A stretch of 64,000 nucleotides of DNA, from the NCBI GenBank assembly GCA_951406725.2, contig OX597831.1:49290001-49354000 (forward strand). The letters run 5' to 3'. Positions 55,359 to 64,000 of the stretch are shown in pieces. Every line of letters starts with the position of its first letter. Positions within the stretch are counted from its first letter, which is position 1. A program made the translations under genes and the position numbers. This stretch comes from Octopus vulgaris (lineage: Eukaryota). A model generated the notes under the pieces. It ran no database searches, was not told the origin of the DNA, and worked only from the letters and a program-made list of their open reading frames with translations.

Positions 55359-56219
55359 AGACAAATGATTTGTTAAAAACCGAATAATTCCAATTCGTAT
55401 TGCAGCAGGATAAACGTAACCTGAGACAATTTTTTTTTAACGCACCTTTCATGTTCACGTTGATAATGTATAACAATCCAAAATACCATAGATTTTTGTT
55501 ATGATCTGCAATTATCACAATTAAGTTTTTGAACGGTTAAAGAGGTATGAATTTCATTCCTTTCTCAATAGCAAAACTTGATTTTCTAATAGCCGAATAG
55601 CTTTCGAAAATGTATCTCTGTAAAATTTCTTTAGAAATATGTGCTGTTTAGGAAGATATAAAGAGATAAATTCAGTGAAGGTGAGCTACTAAATTTTAGT
55701 TATACCATATATTAAAAATATGTCAAAGTTTACAATGTCGTACATCTGATACACCAGGAATGAATATTAAATATATGAATACACACACACACGACGGGCT
55801 TCCCCTGAGTTTCCCTTACAAGATATTGATCGGCCAGGACTTTTGTAGGACACCCTTATCCAACATGCCTCGCAGTGGGACTGAAGACATAACTACATGG
55901 TTGCAGATCGGCCTCTTAATTACACAGCCAAGCCTGCGCATATGTTAATTTAAATATAAATTCTTACTGACTCTTGGCAATTTTTAAAGCTTTGTTTTCT
56001 ACTCAAAGATAAGAGCTTTTTTTTCTCCTCATTATTTCCATAATGTTTCTATGGAATGCACGACTATTTGAACTTATTGAAGATCGTGCGTATATTCGGT
56101 CTGATGTTTTCTTTGGTTCTTTAAATTGTTCTAGACTTTGCTTTATGTAGTAAGTTGCTTCGCAGTTCCTGTTGAACATATTCCATTTTGAAACTCATTT
56201 AACATTTTAATATTCATTA

Positions 56220-56540
56220 AGGCTGCCATCTGTGTAGTGACATTTCGCCCTCTTTATGTTCTGACTTCAGATCTCGCCGAAGTCTACTTTATCTTTCATT
56301 TCCATTCGGGGTCGATAATATATGTACCGGTTGATCACTGGGGTCGAAGTAAGCGACTTATTCCCTTCTCGAAATTGTTGGCCTTGTACCAAAATTTGAA
56401 ACTAATGTTCTTTAAGGTGATCAACTAGCAAAGTCGTTAGCACGCCCGGGAAAATGGTTAGCGGCATTCCGTCCGTCTCTAGTTCTGAGTTCAAATTGTG
56501 CTGAGATCAACTATACTTTTCATTCTTTCAGAATTTGTTA
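56220..56540 (+). mobile_element. two diverged family C SINE copies
   Basis: B-box and core motifs at about 56260-56320 and 56483-56530. Confidence 0.6.
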
Positions 56541-56669
56541 ACTTGATGAATTGATGTCAGTCCTCGAGTATAGAAAGGGAGAAAAACTAAAGGTGGAAAC
56601 AAATATGTGTGACTGTATGTGTGTGTGTGTGTGTGTGCGTATGTGCGTGCCGGAATACATATATATGTG

Positions 56670-56717
<48 letters not shown>

Positions 56718-57221
56718 CACATACACACACATGAGTATAGATTTATAAATTCAAAGGATATTTTAATCAGAAGCTTATGGCGAGTTCATTCCCTTGCTTT
56801 TACTTATGACTCCTTTTTGAAGACTCAAGGCCAATCAATTATTGATCTAACCTATTGCTTTCTTAGCTTAGAGATAAAAAGAATTACGATGAAGCCTTGC
56901 TAGTGTCTATTGAAACTCATATCATTGATATACGGTTAATTGAGCCCAATAGGGATAAAAGGCGACTTGCAGTAGTGTCTTTTATGATGATGTGGAAATA
57001 TCGTATAAGTTGTGTGTAGCGAGAGTTGTATTAGCTTGTTGGATAGTGTGTTCTGTCTGTGATAAGTACATAAGTATTCTCTTTTAAGTAGCAATCGATT
57101 TTTAAAGGAATCACTTACTAAAATCTAAAACTCATCTGCATTATATCTTCCTGTTGTACCTCTTCATCATTACGTACTCCTCCTTTTCATTGTTGTTGTT
57201 GTTGTTAACATCGTTAATTAA

Positions 57222-57580
57222 TGCTGCGAGCTGACAGAATTATTAGCATGTCGGACAAAATGCTTAGTGGCATTTCTACAGGCTTTACATTCTGAGTTCA
57301 AATACCGCCGAGGTCGACATTACTTTTTATGTTTTCAGAGTAAAAAAAAAACAAGCACCAGTCGAGCACTGGGATCGATGTAATCGACCTCCACGCCCCC
57401 TCCACGCTCCTCCACGCCCCTCTACGCCCTTCCACGACCCCTCCACGACCCCTCTACGCCCTCCTCCACGACCCCTCTACGCCCTTCCACGACCCCTCCA
57501 CGACCCCTCTACGCCCTCCTCAACGCCCCTCCACGGCCCCCTCCACAAAGAAATTCAGGCCGTGTGCCTATAGTAGGAAT
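57222..57580 (+). mobile_element. SINE family C with internal C-rich minisatellite
   Basis: Family C head and core, then CCACG(A/C)CCCCT-type units at 57389-57545, then tail AGGCCGTGTGCCTATAGTAG. Confidence 0.8.
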
Positions 57581-57594
57581 AATAATTATAATAA

Positions 57595-57730
57595 TTTCAA
57601 ATTCTGGCACAAGGCCAGTAATTTTGGAGAAGTGGATAAGTTGATTACATCAACCTCCGCTCAACAAGGACTTCAAAGTCGACCTTGGCGGAATTTGAAC
57701 TCAGAACGATTCTGCCGGCTCACCGCCTTA
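57595..57730 (-). mobile_element. SINE family C (deleted copy)
   Basis: Tail, partial core and head motifs. Confidence 0.7.
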
Positions 57731-57809
57731 AACCTCCCCCCAACAAAAAGCTTAATAATGATAATGATATTGATACTAATAATGGTAGCAATGAAAATCT
57801 CCTTATAAA

Positions 57810-58118
57810 ATTTGTTCGTTTGTTTCTTCTCGAGCCATGCCTGGCTCATAAGGGCCGGTTTCCCGGTTTCCTTGGCGTATAAGTTCCTCACCTGGACGGG
57901 ACGCCGGTACGTCGCAGGTGAGCTGCAAGATGCAGGAGGAAAGAGTGAGAGAAAGTTGTGGCGAAAGAATCAGCAGAAGTTCGCCATTACCGTCTGCCGG
58001 AGCCGCATGAAGCTTAGGTGTTTCGCTCATAAACACACACACCGCCCGGTCTGAGATTCGAACTCGCGATCCCTCGACCACATGTCCGCTGCCCTAACCA
58101 CTGGGCCATTGCGCCTCC
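57810..58118 (-). mobile_element. SINE family B, full length
   Basis: Matches 9826-10103. Confidence 0.85.
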
Positions 58119-58339
58119 TATACATACAAAACATTTTATACAAAATCATTCAACAACAACAACAACAGCAACAAAATAACAACGTGGAAATGAAGGAGTC
58201 GTCGCGATCGTTTGATTGGCTAGAAATATCTGCGAAATCTCCTTCAAATTAGACCATTTCATCTTTGGAAATAGGCAAAACCAAAAAGAAAAAAATGGAA
58301 AAAGAAAAAAGAAAAAGAAAAGAAAGAACATTCTTATGT

Positions 58340-58779
58340 TCCTTTACTTGTTTCGGTCATAGGACTGCGGCCATACTGTGGCACCGCCTTGAAGATATGG
58401 TTCTAGACGATCGAGTCGATCCGAAGAATATTAATTTGTTTCAAAGGTGGGTACTTACTCTATCTTTTGTCAGACTGCTAAGTTACAGGGACGTAAACAA
58501 CTCACCACCGGTTGTAAAGCGGTTGTAGTGGTGGAAACAAATACAGACACACGCACGCACCTCCCCATATATATATATAGATATAAAATATGTATATAAT
58601 ATATATATATATAATATACATATAATATTATAATATAATGTATTATATATATAATATACATATAATATATATGTATAATATATATACATAATATATATAT
58701 ATAATATATATATATATATATAATATAAATATAATATAAATATAATATAAATACAATATATATATATAATATAAATATA

Positions 58780-58838
<59 letters not shown>

Positions 58839-58983
58839 CACAGAGTTTCCGTCTATTAAGTTCACTCACAGTGCATTAGTTGGCCCAGATCTATTGTAGA
58901 AGACACTTGCCCAAAGTTCCGCGCAGTGAGGCTGAACCTGAAATCACGCGGTTGCGAAGAGAACGTTTAAACTACACAGCCAG
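58340..58983 (-). mobile_element. SINE family D with expanded internal AT-rich microsatellite
   Basis: Tail about 58340-58560, ~270 bp of AT repeat, head about 58840-58983. Confidence 0.75.
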
Positions 58984-61264
58984 TCGAAGCTATTATGAAA
59001 AGACGGGATTTGTCACAGCTAGACTACCCTTGAATATAGGTCTGTTCCATGCGGGCTGACCTGTAACTAAATAGCACAGCAAAAGTAAATTATACACATA
59101 GCAGTATACATTTCTAGAGTTGGCATGGCGACCACATATTTTTATTTGGGCGGATGTGTTGCTAACCTAATCGCTGTTAATACTTAAATGGTACTTATAT
59201 TTCATCCACTCTGGAAGGACGAATCTCAGCAATGACAATTCTTGCAGGATTTTTTTTATCGCTTAGTAAAGAGGAGAGGGCATACCCCTGGAAATATACA
59301 TGACTCATAAAACTGTAGTGAAGAAAGGAGGATACTATTCTGACTCTAACCGTTTGCAATAGAATGGATTTTTCTGTCCTCCTTAACATCACCCACTGGT
59401 TGTAGGGTTTAAGATGAAGATGTTCATTATGGTAACGGTTTAAGCCTATCATCCATGTAGACCACAGCAGGATTTGAATTTAGACTCAAAGAGCAAGGGC
59501 AAACATAGTAAAGCATCCTGTCCGATACTGTTAACGATTCTACCTGTCCACCATATTAAACTGGTATTTTATCTGCCTCGATAGGATGAAAGGCAAAGTT
59601 TATCCAAGCTGGACTTAACTCAGAATAAGAACAGCATGAAATACAGCAAGGCATTTCGAATTAGGTTCTAATGATTCTGTCAGTTCACTGTCTGTATATT
59701 AATTTTAAATATAGAGTCGTAATAAAATATTGCAAAGTGGTTTTTAAGGTACCTCGCTTAATTGTTTTATCTACCAGCCTCCTGTATATATGAATATAAG
59801 TATAGATAAAGGTTTGTCTTCTCCTTTATCTGTGATGTTAGAATATGAACTTTCCAGATACGTATCTATATATCTCTGAAGAACTATGAAGGATTTTCTA
59901 AATTCTCCTGTTTCATATCCATAATAGAGTGTGAACTTTACAGACATCTACCTAACTATGAAGAACTACAATGGACTTGTGTTTTTCAGCTTTCGCCACT
60001 ACTGTTTCTCTGCTAAATAATATTTATACTCACTTCTGTATCATTGATTTATAAATACTTTGATGCCTCAACAACCACCTCTCTATCGTTTATTTTATTG
60101 TTAATGAAATATAGAAATTGGATTCAAAGTTAGTCTTGTGCTTACCACAGCAATATGACTTGATAGATTTAGATCTGAAAATATCCAGTAATTCAAATTA
60201 ATTAAACGAGGGAAGGATACTTAAAGAAATCATTTAATACTCTTAGGTCGGTGTATGAAGAAATGACAAGAGACCAGTAGTTTAACACGTTTGGGTTTTT
60301 AGTTTGGTATATCGTTGTATGTTCTACAAATCCCGTCTGTATTGATATTGATCTCTCGGTATTTTGAAATCAATAAAATACGTATCTGTAAGTCATTTAT
60401 AAAACTCTCCGTTGGATTAGGTAAGATTATCAGATTACATATGAGTGAATTTAAAAGGCTGTCGAATCTACTTACGCAATTTCTCAATGGTTCAACAGGT
60501 ATCAACTCGACTATCCGACTATATCGTAAAAGATAAATTATATTGTATTTTCATAAGGGATTATGAAGTTGGCAGATAAGTATGCAGTGTAATAATATCT
60601 ATCAATATTTAAACTATAACTTTGAGATCTGCACGTTTAGCGGGTTAATTATGACAAAAATCCAACTTTAAGAAATCTACTGGGATTGGATTACAGAATT
60701 TATTGAGAATGAAAGTGAAACAAAGTCGAAGTGACGAGAGAAATGGAAGCATGCAGATCAGATGGTTCACAGTACTACAGTTCAATAGAGCAGTGGCCGT
60801 TGCTATCACGCTAGAACAGAAAGTAGATACAGAACAAAGAGGTTTTAACGTATTATTTGTAAGTGAACGGTTACCACTCACTCGGATTGAATTGTTTGTT
60901 TGCTGATCTATATTTCATAATAGGACCCAGCAAATTGCTCCGTCCTAGATATATATTCTGTACTGTAGTGTTAAGAGTTTCTAAACACAGACAGGATGTC
61001 TGACCCTTGAAATGCCGTTTTAGCCACGATGTAACTTTATAGTGACCATGAAATTTCATCAGAGATTGCGAAGGATTTTGTTGTGAGTTGTTAATGAGGG
61101 GAAATGGCATAATGTCACATTTCCTTGATATATATAGTTACTACAGTTTGGCACTATTGAAGTAGATTCTATAGTCATTCCCCATGAAGGGATATTTTTC
61201 AAGCTTTATTCTCTGAAAATGATGCTTTTCTAACATGAAATAATTATAATGCGTGTGGACGATG

Positions 61265-61622
61265 GGCGAATACGACAAATTTCTTCTCTCTGGGGTCGTT
61301 AAAATAAAGTACCAGTTAAGAACTGGGGTCCATGTAATCAATTAATCCTTTCCTAAAATCTGCTGTGCCTAAATCAGAAACAATTATTATTTTTTAGTTG
61401 TATTAGGATAGTAGATTGGTATATTCGTCAGACTGTCAAACAAAACGCTTTACATAAATCTCGAATTTTTACGCGCTGAGATCAAATATCGAAAATGTAG
61501 TTTTTGCTCTTCATCTTTTCGGGTCCGAGAAAGTAAAGCACCAGTCAAATATTGGAGTCGATTTAATTGACTATTCTCCGCCCCCAATAAATGCTTGTTC
61601 TTTACCTAAGTTAGAAACAGTT
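61265..61622 (+). mobile_element. two highly diverged family C copies
   Basis: GGGGTCGTTAAAATAAAGTACCAG and TCATCTTTTCGGGTCCGA core remnants with tails. Confidence 0.55.
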
Positions 61623-63000
61623 ATTGTTAGTATTATTAATATTAGTAAAAATCTTAGCCAGCATGACGGCGAATTATCTGAACCATTCAAACAATGAATG
61701 GAATACGTCGAGGTACTTCTACCGAATATGTGCCTTCTGATTTGAAATATCGCTAAAGTTAATTTGGCCTTTCGAACTTTCGAACATGATAGAATATTGG
61801 ATGTGGAACTTTGCGGTGCCAGTTACAGCTTTTTGCCTCGTGACAGCAACGCCTACAACGACACTGATGCTAAGATGTATAATTTCTAAGGTAGTAACCT
61901 TTCTTTTGGTTAATAACTGTTGCAGAAAAAGGAAGAGATTTGCATGCATTGACAACTACCTGTATTCCACTAAAAAAATATTGCCCTGGCCTACGTATAC
62001 ATATGCTGATCAATGGTCAACACTGACCAACTGAGGCCCAAGAGTAACCAGTATCGGTGTCGTTGATTCTGTGGTTAATTCTGTAATACAGCATTATTCT
62101 GCTATATTACAGAATTGCAGTTAAGAAGTTTGCTTCGTAATGAAGGTTATGAGTTCGAGCCCTAGAAAATATAGTTCTTCAGTTAAGTGACTTTAATTTT
62201 AGCCTCTTGAAATTTGGCAGTCAAACACTATGCGGAAGTCTGTCGTTTTTATGTGTGTGTGCGTGCGTGTCTTCTTGTCAGTGTTTAGTGTAACATTTTG
62301 GAATTTTACAGACAAAAAACTGCACAAATCAGTTGTATTTATGTGTGTACATGTCTAAAAATGAGTATTGGTAATGTTATATACTATTACGTAAATTAGC
62401 GTAAATTAACGTAAATTAACGATAAATAGACACTGCAAAAATGTACTGGAGGCGATATAATGACAAAAATCTCGGACGCAAAGCACTGACATGGCGCAAC
62501 TTAGCGATTGAAACCAGAAGAAAAATGAAAAAAAAACACATCACAGACAACACACTTCTTGTGTAATATGTAGAAGAGGATACATTTAAAACAAATAAGT
62601 CTTCATGTTTAAAACAGATATATGCCTCAGCTTGTAAAATGGCATGCCAATGTTGTTGTAGTTAACCCAAGATCAGCTCTGATAGAAAAGATATGTAATC
62701 AAAGGGATTCTAGCCTTTCATCATATGCCTTTAACAATCCAACGGTAAGAAAACTCTAACAGTCATCAAACTGTTACAATTTTCTTTTGTATATCTAGAG
62801 ATAAAGTAAAGTGTATAAAGTATCTCTTAAACATTTAAGATGATGGAGTGTGACATGAGGAAGATTTGATGGTAATTTTTGTTCAGGTCTGATTGGTTGT
62901 ACTTGTATCATTATTAATGTATTCTACTATATCAACCCCACTACGTAGACACTCATATACGTACATATATACAAACACGCAGTCACATATATACACGCAA

Positions 63001-63058
<58 letters not shown>

Positions 63059-63972
63059 TATATATATATAAAGTATACGTATATCTTTATATACACATGT
63101 ATATATGTATACACATATACACACACATACACATACAACACACATACTCACACATACACACACATATATATATAGACGTCGACACATACACGTATACACA
63201 TTCACATATACATATTCGAACAAAAATATATGCGTGCGCATGGATGTATTTCCGTGCACGCTATATTAAAAACATGACTTCGTTACATTTTTATATTTTT
63301 CTGGAAGTATTTTCCTAACTTTCTATGAGTTTCTTGCATTTTATTTGCAAGAGCTTACTTCGCAAATCCATCATCGTCGCTTCTAGACATATTCCCATTT
63401 TCCCGATGCAGAGTTTCTGACGAATATCTATGTCCCTTTAAAGTTGAGAGAGTTAATAATATTGACATAGAAATTTCTGCCGGGTTTTGAAGTTTTGACT
63501 GTTGGTTTTAGACGCCATCAGTCAGTTGTTTATTTTTGGCAAGTAACAAATGTTAGCGGCATTATAAGTATTATTTCCATCAATAATATCCTATTTTCGT
63601 CAGGAAATATTCAGAGTATTGATGTCTTGTACACTGACATTTCCCTGTCCAGTTTTGTTGCATGGAGTATCGCAGTACTCCTTGATCTAAGTGAACGATA
63701 AACAAACAGGTAAGTGTTGCACTTGTACGGAAAACATAGCAGTTTGAATCCTGAAGATTACAACGTTCACGTTTGTTTTCGAGTGAGTTTATGAAACCAT
63801 GTTGGCTATTTGCATGCCAACTCGTTTATTGAGTTTCCATGTTTACATGACTGTAGCTTGTTATAACATTGATAAGAAGATTCATATATCTGTATGTGTG
63901 CGTATGTGTGTGTGTATGTGTGTATGCGTGTGCATGTGTGTGTGTACATGCGTATACATACAAATATATACC

Positions 63973-64000
63973 TATTTCTTTACTACCCACAAGGGGCTAA
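63973..64000 (-). mobile_element. tail of SINE family C (runs off the window)
   Basis: TATTTCTTTACTACCCACAAGGGGCTAA is the reverse complement of the family C tail. Confidence 0.75.

Noticed and set aside
60703-60906. 67-aa ORF with a nearby GTAAGT donor
   Set aside because: No recognisable domain or convincing acceptor.
63604-63715. Candidate exon with acceptor TTTTCGTCAG and perfect donor CAG|GTAAGT
   Set aside because: Stops in all three frames; could only be non-coding, and there is no independent support.

Overview
AT-rich (by eye), microsatellite-saturated, gene-free eukaryotic DNA. Its repeat content (several tRNA-derived SINE families, Penelope, RTE and CR1 fragments, mariner, Helitron, and Tigger/hAT MITEs) strongly resembles octopod cephalopod intergenic or intronic sequence; the taxon is my inference. 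No host protein-coding exon is supportable, and nearly all listed ORFs are translated microsatellites or SINEs. The real coding remnants are all decayed transposons: a Penelope-like RT plus GIY-YIG (12.2-13.3 kb), two mariner fragments, and CR1/RTE LINE ends. The most unusual object is a perfect 68-bp-arm hairpin at 50707-50883 with a core of about 80% GC, set between (TA)n tracts. It shares its layout with several other microsatellite-flanked inverted-repeat elements in the window, some carrying minimal type I hammerhead ribozyme motifs. Other observations: a LINE and a SINE sharing a 3' tail, head-to-tail SINE multimers with a fixed internal junction, two SINEs at one target site, a foldback mariner, and local duplications. 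SINE family labels A-E are my own working names. Coordinates were read by eye, so boundaries of old repeats are approximate.
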